Under the pieces are notes generated by a model. That model was not told the DNA's origin. It made no database searches and worked only from the letters and a program-made list of their open reading frames with translations. The translations under genes were made by a program, and so were the position numbers. This document shows, one piece after another, positions 19,038-28,092 of a DNA stretch of 64,000 nucleotides (position 1 is the stretch's first letter; every line of letters begins with the position of its first letter). Source of the DNA: Burkholderiales bacterium (lineage in GTDB: Bacteria; Pseudomonadota; Gammaproteobacteria; Burkholderiales; JBEEJL01); assembly GCA_049695115.1 (NCBI GenBank), contig JBAVRP010000070.1:63-64062 (forward strand), in the 5' to 3' direction.

Positions 19038-20066
19038 TTATGCCAACAATTTCCAATTCACAGACTCGCTGGCACGCATTGGAACCAGTGTGTTGTCGCC
19101 GAATTTTATTTCGTCTGCCACCTTCAACGTAGTTTTTTCCAGCGTAATTTTTTCCGTATTGCGCGGCAGTTTATAAAAATCCGCGCCGAAAAAACTGGCG
19201 AAGCCTTCCAGTTTATCGAGGGCGTTGGCTTGTTCAAATACTTCGGCATACAATTCTATGCCTGCATGTGACGTGTAAAGTCCCGCACAGCCGCAGGCGT
19301 TTTCTTTGGTGTGTTTGGCGTGCGGCGCGCTGTCGGTGCCGAGAAAAAATTTTGGGTTGCCGCTGGCCGCTGCTTTCACCAACGCAAGCCGATGGCTTTC
19401 ACGCTTGAGTATCGGCAGGCAATAATTATGCGGGCGGATGCCGCCCTGGAAAATGGCGTTGCGGTTGAGCAATAAATGATGCGCGGTAATCGTGGCGGCA
19501 ATATTTTTCCCGGCGGCGAGTACGTAATCGACTGCGTGCGAGGTGGTGATGTGTTCCAGCACAATTCTCAGTGCGGGGAATTTATTCGCCAACGGTACAA
19601 GAATCGTCTCGATAAAAACTTTTTCCCGGTCGAATACATCGACATTTGCATCCGTCACTTCGCCATGAAGCAACAAGGGCATATCGTGCCGGTGCATGGC
19701 TTCAAGCACGGCGTAAGTTTTTTCCAGCGCCGTCACGCCGGAATCGGAGTTGGTAGTCGCGCCGGCCGGATAATATTTCACCGCATGGATAAATCCGCTG
19801 GCCTTGGCTTTGGCAATTTCCGACGGCATCATATTGTCGGTTAAATACAAAGTCATCAGCGGTTCAAACTTCATGCCTTTGGGAATCGCATCGATAATCC
19901 GCCGCCGATATTCCGCCGCCGCTTCCACCGTGGTAATCGGCGGTTTCAGATTGGGCATGATGATGGCGCGGGCGAAACGTTTTGCCGTATCGGGCAACAC
20001 ATCGCGCATCAGTTCGCCATCGCGCAGGTGTAGATGCCAGTCATCGGGGCGTGTAATTGTTATCAT
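19038..20066 (-). CDS. pyrC: dihydroorotase, homodimeric type (class II)
   Basis: The ORF track starts at 20189. I prefer the ATG at 20066 ([17 protein letters not shown]), the canonical class II PyrC N-terminus. Later motifs are also present ([22 protein letters not shown]). Confidence 0.93.
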   Translation of the reverse strand: MITITRPDDWHLHLRDGELMRDVLPDTAKRFARAIIMPNLKPPITTVEAAAEYRRRIIDAIPKGMKFEPLMTLYLTDNMMPSEIAKAKASGFIHAVKYYPAGATTNSDSGVTALEKTYAVLEAMHRHDMPLLLHGEVTDANVDVFDREKVFIETILVPLANKFPALRIVLEHITTSHAVDYVLAAGKNIAATITAHHLLLNRNAIFQGGIRPHNYCLPILKRESHRLALVKAAASGNPKFFLGTDSAPHAKHTKENACGCAGLYTSHAGIELYAEVFEQANALDKLEGFASFFGADFYKLPRNTEKITLEKTTLKVADEIKFGDNTLVPMRASESVNWKLLA

Positions 20067-20078
20067 AATTATTTGATT
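20066..20078 (-). repeat. AT-rich junction element core AATCAAATAATTA
   Basis: Fills the 23-bp hslO/pyrC spacer and touches the pyrC start codon. The core is identical to 976-988. Confidence 0.8.
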
Positions 20079-20089
20079 ATATTGAGTTT

Positions 20090-20962
20090 TTAGTGTTTTA
20101 TCGGCGGTGCGGGTGTAATCGCATCGCTGGCAAATAATTGTTCGGCGTCTACTGCGTCGAACTGATATTGCCGATTGCAAAACTGGCAAGTGACTTCCAC
20201 TTTACCTTCCTGTTTCAATGTCGCGGTGACTTCATCGCGTCCGATCATACGCAGCATACCGACTACGCGCTCGCGCGAGCAAGTGCAACGAAAACTGACG
20301 GCAATCGGTTCGAACAAACGCACATCTTCTTCATGATACAAGAGATGCAGAATTTTTTCCGGTGGCAATAATAGTTCAGCGGATTTTACCGTGGAGGCGA
20401 GATGCACGGCGCGGTTCCACGCATCGACATCCATTTCCAGTTCGCCCGGCAACTTTTGTAACAACAGCCCCGCCGCTTGATTGTTTGCCGTGGTGAGCCA
20501 CAAGCGCGTGGCAAGCTGTTCGGAAGTTTCCATATAATGCTGCAACGTTTCTGCCACTGTCTCGCCGGTTAGTTCCACAATGCCCTGGTACGTCTGGCGG
20601 CTGTCCTTCGGATCGATGGTAATGACAAAGCGCCCGCTGCCGGTGAGTTCGCGCAAACTGGTCAGTCCATCAAGCGAAGCTTCGTCCCATTGCGCCATCG
20701 CGCGCAACGTGAGATCGGAATTGCATTCGACAACCAGCAGTTTTACAGCGCCGTCTCCCTGGATTTGCATAATCAGACTGCCGTCGAATTTAAGCGTGGT
20801 GGCAAGCAGTGCGACCGACGCCATCAATTCGCCCAGGATATTTTTTATCGATGGCGGATAATGGTGGCGTTCCAGAACGGCCTGCCAGGTCGCGCCGAGT
20901 TGCACAATACTGCCGCGGATGTGCGCGTGTTCGAAAATAAATTTTTGCAAAGAATCAGCCAT
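20090..20962 (-). CDS. hslO: redox-regulated chaperone Hsp33
   Basis: 290 aa. The C-terminal zinc centre is CTCSRE...CQFCN. Confidence 0.93.
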   Translation of the reverse strand: MADSLQKFIFEHAHIRGSIVQLGATWQAVLERHHYPPSIKNILGELMASVALLATTLKFDGSLIMQIQGDGAVKLLVVECNSDLTLRAMAQWDEASLDGLTSLRELTGSGRFVITIDPKDSRQTYQGIVELTGETVAETLQHYMETSEQLATRLWLTTANNQAAGLLLQKLPGELEMDVDAWNRAVHLASTVKSAELLLPPEKILHLLYHEEDVRLFEPIAVSFRCTCSRERVVGMLRMIGRDEVTATLKQEGKVEVTCQFCNRQYQFDAVDAEQLFASDAITPAPPIKH

Positions 20963-21833
20963 CCGTTTTTTCAGCCATTAATTTAAGCGCCAGTTCGTAC
21001 AAGGCATTGCGCTTCGCGCCGGTGATTTGTGCTGCCAGCGCCGACGCTTGTTTTTGCGGCAGTTCAACCAGCAGCAAGCGCAGCACCCGCTCACTTTCAG
21101 CCCCGCTATCCGGCTGCGCGGCCGCGCCTTCCACCAATACGACAAACTCGCCGCGCTGATGGTTCACATCCGTTTCGAGCCAAGCCTGCGCATTTGCGAG
21201 ATTACACGCATGAATTTGCTCGAATAATTTGGTCAGCTCGCGCGCGAAGGTAATTTTGCGCTCGCCGCCGAATACTGCCAGACAGTCTCGCGTGAATTCA
21301 ACTATCCGGTGCGGCGCTTCGTAAAAAATCAGCGCGTGAGGAAAGTTCGCCAATTGTTTTAGCATTTTTTTGCGCGCGCCGGCTTTTGCCGGCATAAAAC
21401 CGGCAAACAAAAATCCGCCTTCGCCCATGCCCGCAGCGCTCAGCGCGGCGACGGCCGCGCAGGCACCAGGAATCGGAATGACTGGGAATCCCGCTTCACG
21501 CACTACTTTTACGCACAGCGCCCCGGGGTCTGACACGGCGGGCGTACCTGCGTCGCTCACCAGCGCGACGGATTTATTTTCGCGCAGCAGAGCAATAATT
21601 TTTTGCGCTGCTCGGCTTTCGTTATGCTGGTGTAAGGGCATTAATCGCGTGCTGATACCGTGGGCGCCGAGCAAGCGTCGCGTATTGCGCGTATCCTCGG
21701 CGGCAATGGCTTCTACGCTGCCCAATATATCCAGTGCGCGTAGCGTAATGTCGCGCAGGTTTCCAATCGGCGTGGCCACCACATATAATGCAGCTGGATT
21801 CTGAGAGGGCAAATTTTCGTGCGACACGAACAT
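20955..21833 (-). CDS. rsmI: 16S rRNA (cytidine1402-2'-O)-methyltransferase
   Basis: 292 aa. LYVVATPIGNLRDITLRAL...AAEDTRNTRRLL (tetrapyrrole-methylase fold RsmI signature). Confidence 0.93.
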   Translation of the reverse strand: MFVSHENLPSQNPAALYVVATPIGNLRDITLRALDILGSVEAIAAEDTRNTRRLLGAHGISTRLMPLHQHNESRAAQKIIALLRENKSVALVSDAGTPAVSDPGALCVKVVREAGFPVIPIPGACAAVAALSAAGMGEGGFLFAGFMPAKAGARKKMLKQLANFPHALIFYEAPHRIVEFTRDCLAVFGGERKITFARELTKLFEQIHACNLANAQAWLETDVNHQRGEFVVLVEGAAAQPDSGAESERVLRLLLVELPQKQASALAAQITGAKRNALYELALKLMAEKTDG

Positions 21834-21913
21834 TTTCAGTTAAAAGCGAATGGTGCATTTTCGGTTGCTGCGCACAGCAAAGCAAGTCAATTATTTACCG
21901 GGCCGAGAGCTTA

Positions 21914-22282
21914 GTGAATATTTTCGGCCTAAAATCGACGCAAAAATCTGGCGCAGCGGCGGAAGACCTTGCTGCGGACTATTTGCTCGGGCACAAACTG
22001 AAAATCGTTGGGCGCAATTACCGTTGCCGTCATGGCGAAATAGACCTGATTGCAAAAGACGGCGCAACGCTGGTATTTGTTGAGGTACGATTGCGCAGCC
22101 CTGGCAGCTTCGGTGGCGCGGCGGCCAGCATTACGCCGGCGAAGCAACAGAAAATTCTCGCCACTGCGCGGCACTATCTGTCGGGAAAGGCCGGCTTGCC
22201 AGCCTGCCGCTTTGATGTTTTACTCCTTGATAGCCTGAGTGCTGATAAAATCGAGTGGATTAAAAATGCTTTTGGAGAATGA
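21914..22282 (+). CDS. yraN: YraN family endonuclease-like protein (UPF0102)
   Basis: The ORF track starts at 21788. I prefer the GTG at 21914 (VNIFGLKSTQKSGAAAEDLAADYL), which gives a typical 122-aa protein. The GEIDLIA...VFVEV motif is present. Divergent from rsmI, as in E. coli. Confidence 0.85.
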   Translation: MNIFGLKSTQKSGAAAEDLAADYLLGHKLKIVGRNYRCRHGEIDLIAKDGATLVFVEVRLRSPGSFGGAAASITPAKQQKILATARHYLSGKAGLPACRFDVLLLDSLSADKIEWIKNAFGE

Positions 22283-22900
<618 letters not shown>

Positions 22901-23677
22901 ATGCATAAATTATTGATTATATTAAGTATTTTTAGCATCTCTTTGTTGCAGGGATGTGTGCCTGCCGCAGTCGGCGGACTGGTAGCAGGCGGTTTGGTAG
23001 CGGAAGATCGTCGCTCAGTAGGCACGCAGGCCGACGACCAGGCCATCGAAATCAAAGCGCTGAATCGCATTGCCGAAGCATTCAAAGGCAAACATCACAT
23101 CAACGTCACCAGTTACAACAAACAAGTGCTGCTCACCGGCGAAGCGCCGACGGAACAAGACAAGGCAGGCATAGAAGCCGTGGTGCGTGGAGTCGAGTAT
23201 GCCACGCAAGTGCAAAACGAAATCGTCGTCATGCCCAATACTGAACTCGGCTCGCGCAGCAACGACACGCTGATCACCGGCAAAGTTAAAACCCGCTTCG
23301 TCAGCTCCGGCCGTGGCGCGTTTTCTCCCAACCACGTTAAAGTGGTCACCGAAAACGGAGTCGTCTATCTGATGGGCCTGGTCACCAAGGAAGAAGGCGA
23401 TGCCGCAGCAAACATCGCCGCCAGTACCGGTGGCGTCACGCGCGTAGTAAAAGTATTTGAATACCGCCCAGCGGCAGCCGTCGCCCCAGCGGGGGCTACG
23501 CGTACCGATGCAGGTGCCGCGCCGGCGAATGTAGCGCCTGCTCCTGCCGTGCCTGCACCTGCGCCATTGCCGGTACCGGCACAAGTTCCAGCCACAACAC
23601 CCGGATACACGCCACCCGACGCACCCATCCAGCCGCCGCCGCAAGCGCCAGCGCCCGTGCCGATTCCGAAATCGTAG
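22901..23677 (+). CDS. BON-domain lipoprotein (DolP/YraP-like) with Pro/Ala-rich C-terminal tail
   Basis: 258 aa. Lipobox LLQGC, two BON repeats, then about 80 aa of PA-rich low complexity. Positioned after diaA as in the E. coli yraN-diaA-yraP cluster. Confidence 0.85.
   Translation: MHKLLIILSIFSISLLQGCVPAAVGGLVAGGLVAEDRRSVGTQADDQAIEIKALNRIAEAFKGKHHINVTSYNKQVLLTGEAPTEQDKAGIEAVVRGVEYATQVQNEIVVMPNTELGSRSNDTLITGKVKTRFVSSGRGAFSPNHVKVVTENGVVYLMGLVTKEEGDAAANIAASTGGVTRVVKVFEYRPAAAVAPAGATRTDAGAAPANVAPAPAVPAPAPLPVPAQVPATTPGYTPPDAPIQPPPQAPAPVPIPKS
22906..22918 (-). repeat. AT-rich junction element core AATCAATAATTTA
   Basis: Overlaps codons 2-6 of the BON lipoprotein gene, right after the diaA stop. 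Confidence 0.75.
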
Positions 23678-23696
23678 TTCGTGACTTTCGTAATCT

Positions 23697-23731
23697 GTAG
23701 GCTGGGCTGATTAGCTCAGCCTATATTTTTT
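23697..23731 (+). terminator. REP-like hairpin probably acting as terminator of the BON gene
   Basis: GTAGGCTGGGCTgattAGCTCAGCCTAT is followed by ATTTTTT. It belongs to the same GTAGGCTGGGCT...AGCCCAGC family as 56436-56459. Confidence 0.5.
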
Positions 23732-23741
23732 AGTGGTGTAG

Positions 23742-25238
23742 GTGAGAATTACCTGTTGCAAGGTAAGGCCTAACTTTTTTTATCGGCCCAATACGCAAAG
23801 GCTGTTTAACTTGACCGCTCTCTACACTACTTCTCTTTGCTGGTTTCGCCGCGATCTGCGCAGCCATGACCACGCGGCACTCCACCAAGCGTTGACGCAA
23901 TCGCGTAGCGTGCATTGCGTATTTGTTTTTGACACTGGAATTCTGGATAAACTCGCCCGCAAGGACGACCGACGCGTGGAGTTCATTTGGCACAGCATCG
24001 TTGAGTTACAAGAGTCGCTCGAAAAAATGGGCGGCGGCTTAATTGTGTTGCATGGAAATGCAGAACAAGAAATTCCCCAGCTGGCTCACGAACTGGGAGT
24101 AAACGCTGTGTTCGTCAACCATGATTACGAAGCGAATGCGCTTACGCGAGACGAGTATGTCGCCGAGGAGTTGCGTCAAAGTGGCATTGATTTTCATAGC
24201 AGCAAAGACCAAGTAATTTTTGAAAAACACGAAGTGCTGACGCAAAACAACAAACCGTTCACCGTATTTACGCCATATAAAAATGCCTGGTTGAAACGTT
24301 TTACCGATGACGATATGGCGCCTTACGAAATTGAAAAATATAAAAAACACTTCGCGCGGCCGACGCAAAAAGGGCTACCGTCCTTGGAGCAAATAGGGTT
24401 TGAAAAAACAAATATAATCAAATATATACAAAGCGGCGCATCAGGGGCGCAAGGGCTGCTCGCAGACTTCCAAAAACGTATGGCTGATTACAAAGACGCG
24501 CGTGATTTTCCTGCCGTGCGCGGCGTGTCGTATCTTTCTGTGCATTTACGCTTCGGCACTATTTCGATTCGCGAACTGGTGCGCGCGGCGCGCGCAAAAA
24601 CCAATCGTGGTGCAGAGTGTTGGCTGTCAGAATTAATTTGGCGTGAATTCTATTTCAACATCCTGCATCATTTTCCGCATGTGGCTGAGCGTTCATTTCG
24701 CCCGGAATATGATTTGATTCAATGGGAAAACAATCAGGCTCTATTTGCCGCATGGTGTGAGGGGAAAACCGGCTATCCGCTGGTTGATGCCGCTATGCGT
24801 CAGATAAACCAAACTGGTTATATGCATAATCGTTTGCGTATGATTGTGGCGAGTTTTTTGACCAAAGATTTGCACATCGATTGGCGCTGGGGCGAAAATT
24901 ATTTTGCTGATAATCTGAATGATTTCGACCTCGCCGCCAACAACGGCGGCTGGCAATGGGCGGCGTCAAGCGGCTGCGACACGCAACCTTATTTCCGTAT
25001 TTTTAATCCGGTCACGCAGTCTGAGCGTTTCGATGCGGAGGGAAAATTCATTCGCAAATATATTCCCGAGCTGACTCATTGCGATAACAAACGCATTCAC
25101 GCTCCGTGGTTGATGACGCCGCTAGAACAACAGGCCGCAGGTGTCGTTATAGGAAAAGATTATCCAGCGCCGGTGGTGGACCATGCAGTGGCGCGGGAGA
25201 AAACATTGAGGATGTATGGTGCGGTAAAAAAAACGTAG
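23742..25238 (+). CDS. phrB: deoxyribodipyrimidine photolyase (class I CPD type)
   Basis: The 498-aa ORF starts at a GTG. The conserved region begins at LCWFRRDLRSHDHAAL, so the real start may be the TTG at 23811. FAD-binding C-terminus motifs are present (WREFY, GYMHNRLRM, DLAANNGGWQWAAS). Confidence 0.92.
   Translation: MRITCCKVRPNFFYRPNTQRLFNLTALYTTSLCWFRRDLRSHDHAALHQALTQSRSVHCVFVFDTGILDKLARKDDRRVEFIWHSIVELQESLEKMGGGLIVLHGNAEQEIPQLAHELGVNAVFVNHDYEANALTRDEYVAEELRQSGIDFHSSKDQVIFEKHEVLTQNNKPFTVFTPYKNAWLKRFTDDDMAPYEIEKYKKHFARPTQKGLPSLEQIGFEKTNIIKYIQSGASGAQGLLADFQKRMADYKDARDFPAVRGVSYLSVHLRFGTISIRELVRAARAKTNRGAECWLSELIWREFYFNILHHFPHVAERSFRPEYDLIQWENNQALFAAWCEGKTGYPLVDAAMRQINQTGYMHNRLRMIVASFLTKDLHIDWRWGENYFADNLNDFDLAANNGGWQWAASSGCDTQPYFRIFNPVTQSERFDAEGKFIRKYIPELTHCDNKRIHAPWLMTPLEQQAAGVVIGKDYPAPVVDHAVAREKTLRMYGAVKKT
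24411..24433 (+). repeat. degenerate AT-rich element copy inside phr
   Basis: AATATAATCAAATATATACAAAG. It has the exact 11-mer, but the TTR part of the core is ATA. Confidence 0.5.
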
Positions 25239-25243
25239 GTGGA

Positions 25244-25492
25244 TCAATCAGAGTTCGGCGAGCCGGCCAGAGGATCATAGAGCGCATCAATTTGTATGTT
25301 TTCCAGCTTTTCAAATATTCGAATTGAAAAACCATCATCAGCGACCACCAACCCCCGTGTAGCATCGCCAATCATTTGGATGACGGTCCATTGATCTCGT
25401 GCATCTGCATTACTATTTAGCAAGTGAAGTAATGGCGCAACTTCATTCGCCTCAATTTCGCTGTCCATTAACAGGGATAATTCTTCGTTCAT
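25244..25492 (-). CDS. anti-sigma-E factor, RseA N-terminal-domain-only (82 aa, no TM segment)
   Basis: MNEELSLLMDSEIEANEV...QWTVIQMIGDATRG resembles the RseA/MucA N-domain (LSALMDGE...W..YHLIRD). The start lies 1 nt after the sigma gene stop. The stop is 5 nt from the convergent phr stop, so there is no room for a longer protein. Confidence 0.65.
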   Translation of the reverse strand: MNEELSLLMDSEIEANEVAPLLHLLNSNADARDQWTVIQMIGDATRGLVVADDGFSIRIFEKLENIQIDALYDPLAGSPNSD

Positions 25493-25493
25493 C

Positions 25494-26135
25494 TCACCAT
25501 CTCCTGTCGCGCTTGGGTTCGAGTAAAGGTTTTAATGCCAGCGCAACATGCTCACGCGCGCGGAATTTGCGCGAGCGAACCGTACCAACTGGGCAATTCA
25601 TGATCGCGGCGATTGATTCGTAACTCTCTCCCTCCAATTCGCGCAGCACAAGAGCAGTCCGCTCATTTTCCGGCAAGGTATTCATGGCAGCAACGACCGC
25701 TTCGCCAATTTGCCGCGTTAACAGTAAGCGTTCGGGATCCTCCATATTTGCGCCGGCCAATGACGTCTCTTGCCAATCGGTATCTTCTTCGTCGCTTTTA
25801 AGTCTGTAGTCGGGCAATTTGCGCTTTTGCGCGACCAGATAATTTTTTGCCGAGTTGATAGCAATCCGATGCAGCCAAGTGGAAAACGAACTCTCGCCGC
25901 GAAATGATTTTAAGCCTCGATAGGCTTTGATAAAGGCTTCCTGGGTGACGTCTTCCACTTCTTGCGGGATACGAATAAAGCGCGAAATCGCATTCGCCAA
26001 TCGACGTTGATGACGAACTACCAATGCATTGAATGCCACACGCTCGCCGTTTTGCGCGCGCGTGACTAGCTCGAAGTCCACATCAACTTTTCTCGTGGGC
26101 TCCGACTGTTCGGGAGGGGTTGCCTTATTGTTCAT
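25494..26135 (-). CDS. rpoE: ECF sigma factor, RpoE/AlgU-like
   Basis: The ORF track starts at 26237. I prefer the ATG at 26135 (MNNKATPPE), giving 213 aa. Close RpoE-type blocks are present: VTQEAFIKAYRGLKSFRGESSFSTWLHRIAINSAKNYL and SYESIAAIMNCPVGTVRSRKFRARE. Confidence 0.88.
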   Translation of the reverse strand: MNNKATPPEQSEPTRKVDVDFELVTRAQNGERVAFNALVVRHQRRLANAISRFIRIPQEVEDVTQEAFIKAYRGLKSFRGESSFSTWLHRIAINSAKNYLVAQKRKLPDYRLKSDEEDTDWQETSLAGANMEDPERLLLTRQIGEAVVAAMNTLPENERTALVLRELEGESYESIAAIMNCPVGTVRSRKFRAREHVALALKPLLEPKRDRRW

Positions 26136-26234
26136 TGGGGCAAGGTGTAGCCGCTTTCCGCTAATGGATGAAGAATTTGCTAATACGGTCGTGGACATAT
26201 GCCAGCTTTCATAGGCATGGAATTTACTTTTATC

Positions 26235-26261
26235 CAAGACTATGACGCGCCTGATTAGTTC
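26235..26261 (-). promoter_or_regulatory. candidate sigma-E-type autoregulated promoter
   Basis: The minus strand reads GAACTA, 16 nt, TCTTG, about 100 nt upstream of the sigma start. It resembles the GGAACTT-N16-TCNAA pattern of RpoE promoters. Both halves match imperfectly. Confidence 0.3.
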
Positions 26262-26271
26262 GCGGCTTTAA

Positions 26272-26295
26272 AAACATCTGATATTGCTGATGTTT
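26272..26295 (-). terminator. weak hairpin/T-run after the last gene of the litR operon
   Basis: The minus strand reads AAACATCagcaatatcaGATGTTTTT, directly downstream of the 26335 stop. The stem is AT-rich. Confidence 0.3.
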
Positions 26296-26334
26296 ATTCG
26301 TCTACATTATTCAAGTGCTTGGCGGATAAAAAAA

Positions 26335-26763
26335 TTAGCCTACGCGTTTTTTCAGAAAGCGCATCAGACCGCCCACCAGCGGTAATTTTTCATACAGTTC
26401 TTCCGCCGCGTCCCAATAGTCACGGTGGTAATTCACTTTGCCTTCAGCGTTAAAGCGAATATGGCTGACGCCGCGAATGCGTTGTTGAATGCCAGGCTTG
26501 TATTTTTTGATACGGAAAGTGAAATCCCATACTAGCACCACGTCTGCATCTTGCGCGATGGTTTCGCTTACGTCGAATTTCACGTCGCTTAACGAAACAA
26601 ACATGTGACGAAAAATTCTTTGAATATCGGCGAGTTCATTGACCTCGTTAAACGGATCTTTGAAATAGGCATCATGCGCGTAAAACTCGCTCATGCGCGC
26701 AACGGCTTCCGGCGTGAGCAGGTGATAAAAATCGATTAGCTTGGTAATGCGTGCGTCGGTCAT
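26335..26763 (-). CDS. NTF2/SnoaL-like family protein
   Basis: 142 aa. Small alpha+beta cone-type sequence (YAHDAYFKDPFNEV..., NYHRDYWD). 4-nt overlap with the upstream SDR gene. Confidence 0.7.
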   Translation of the reverse strand: MTDARITKLIDFYHLLTPEAVARMSEFYAHDAYFKDPFNEVNELADIQRIFRHMFVSLSDVKFDVSETIAQDADVVLVWDFTFRIKKYKPGIQQRIRGVSHIRFNAEGKVNYHRDYWDAAEELYEKLPLVGGLMRFLKKRVG

Positions 26764-27536
26764 AGTCCGGTAAGTTTATGAATTAAATAAAAATAAATTC
26801 GATAGGGCAACATGCGCAAAAGTTTCAGCCAAAAGGTAAATCGCTTGGGAAAGTGAATTTCAAAATTGCCGCGCTCCAAGCCGCGAATTATTTCACTCGC
26901 TGCTTCTTCCGCCGACACCAGCGCGGGCATATTAAAAGTATTTTTATCCGTCAGCGGGGTTTTTACAAAGCCTGGGTTGATTAGCGTGACAGCGATATTT
27001 TTTCTCTCTAAATCAATATACATTGTCTCGGCCAGATTGATACACGCCGCTTTGGTCGCGCCGTAGATCAAAGCTTGCGGCAAGCCGCTATAACCACCAA
27101 CGCTGGCAACGATAGCGATGTGGCCTTTTGGCTGTTTGAGTAATTGCGGAATGGCAACAGACAAGCCATTGACGACGCCCATAAAATTTATTTCAACCAG
27201 ATGGCGTGCGTCGTCAAGTTCGAAATCCCATGCGTGCATCGGTTTGTGGTCGCCCGCAATGTACAACACTAAATCGAAGCCTCCCCAAGCTTTCACCAAT
27301 TCGTTTTGTGCCACGCTGATTTGCTCGGTGACGGTCAGGTCAAGCGGCAATACTAAAGAATTTGTTTCGTGGCCTGCGACGAGAGTTTGTAAAACCTCTG
27401 CTTTGCGAGACGACACAGCGACGCGCGCATTTTTTTTCAGTAGCGCGGTTGACAGTGCCGCGCCGATGCCTGTGCTCGCGCCGATAATCCACACGCGCAA
27501 GTTGTCCCAGTCGGTAATCGGCGGGTTAAGCGGCAT
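26760..27536 (-). CDS. short-chain dehydrogenase/reductase
   Basis: The ORF track starts at 27596. I prefer the ATG at 27536 (MPLNPPI). WIIGASTGIGAAL Rossmann motif and YGATKAA catalytic motif. Confidence 0.88.
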   Translation of the reverse strand: MPLNPPITDWDNLRVWIIGASTGIGAALSTALLKKNARVAVSSRKAEVLQTLVAGHETNSLVLPLDLTVTEQISVAQNELVKAWGGFDLVLYIAGDHKPMHAWDFELDDARHLVEINFMGVVNGLSVAIPQLLKQPKGHIAIVASVGGYSGLPQALIYGATKAACINLAETMYIDLERKNIAVTLINPGFVKTPLTDKNTFNMPALVSAEEAASEIIRGLERGNFEIHFPKRFTFWLKLLRMLPYRIYFYLIHKLTGL

Positions 27537-27549
27537 AAATTTTTTCTGC

Positions 27550-28074
27550 TTAGCGCTTTTTGAATGATAACGTGACTTCGCCCAGCTTGAAACCAAATTT
27601 GCTCATCTCGGCGCGGTTGAGCATGACCTTGTCGTCCATCAAATACATCCAGTCATTGAAGTTGACGTGGTAGTTCGATTCGCCGACTTTCAGGTCGAGC
27701 ACGTAACGCCAATTGAGCGCGTTGCCATACGCTTCGCCCACTGGGCTGCCGATTACATCGCCCGCTTTTCCACTGTATTCATTCGGCCCGAGTTTGGTGA
27801 TGGTCCACACGCGGCGGTCTTTTGTGCCGTCGGAGTAAGTGAAGTCTTCGTCGAGCGTGCCGATGTTGCCATTCCATTTCGCGTCGATGACGACGGTGAA
27901 GCGCTTGACCACTTTGCCCGAGCGATCTTGAAACATTCCCCATGCATCAATGGTGCCGTTGAAATATTGCGCGAGATCGAGCACAGGTTTTTCTGCTGCG
28001 TAATCTTTCGGCACGACGCTGGCGCAACCTGATAAAAAAACTAATAAAAACAAATAGATATGTTTATGTCGCAT
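27550..28074 (-). CDS. DUF3833 lipocalin-like lipoprotein
   Basis: 174 aa. Lipobox FLSGC. Family assignment is by recall of its usual co-occurrence with CFA-synthase/DUF1365 clusters. Confidence 0.65.
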   Translation of the reverse strand: MRHKHIYLFLLVFLSGCASVVPKDYAAEKPVLDLAQYFNGTIDAWGMFQDRSGKVVKRFTVVIDAKWNGNIGTLDEDFTYSDGTKDRRVWTITKLGPNEYSGKAGDVIGSPVGEAYGNALNWRYVLDLKVGESNYHVNFNDWMYLMDDKVMLNRAEMSKFGFKLGEVTLSFKKR

Positions 28075-28092
28075 AACGGCTCCGGAAGATAA

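Noticed and set aside
23749-23766. Inverted repeat TTACCT-N6-AGGTAA just upstream of the conserved part of the photolyase, considered as a LitR operator.
   Set aside because: It has no similarity to the palindrome in the litR promoter. It lies inside the ORF if the GTG at 23742 is the start. I keep it only as a hint that the real phr start may be the TTG at 23811.
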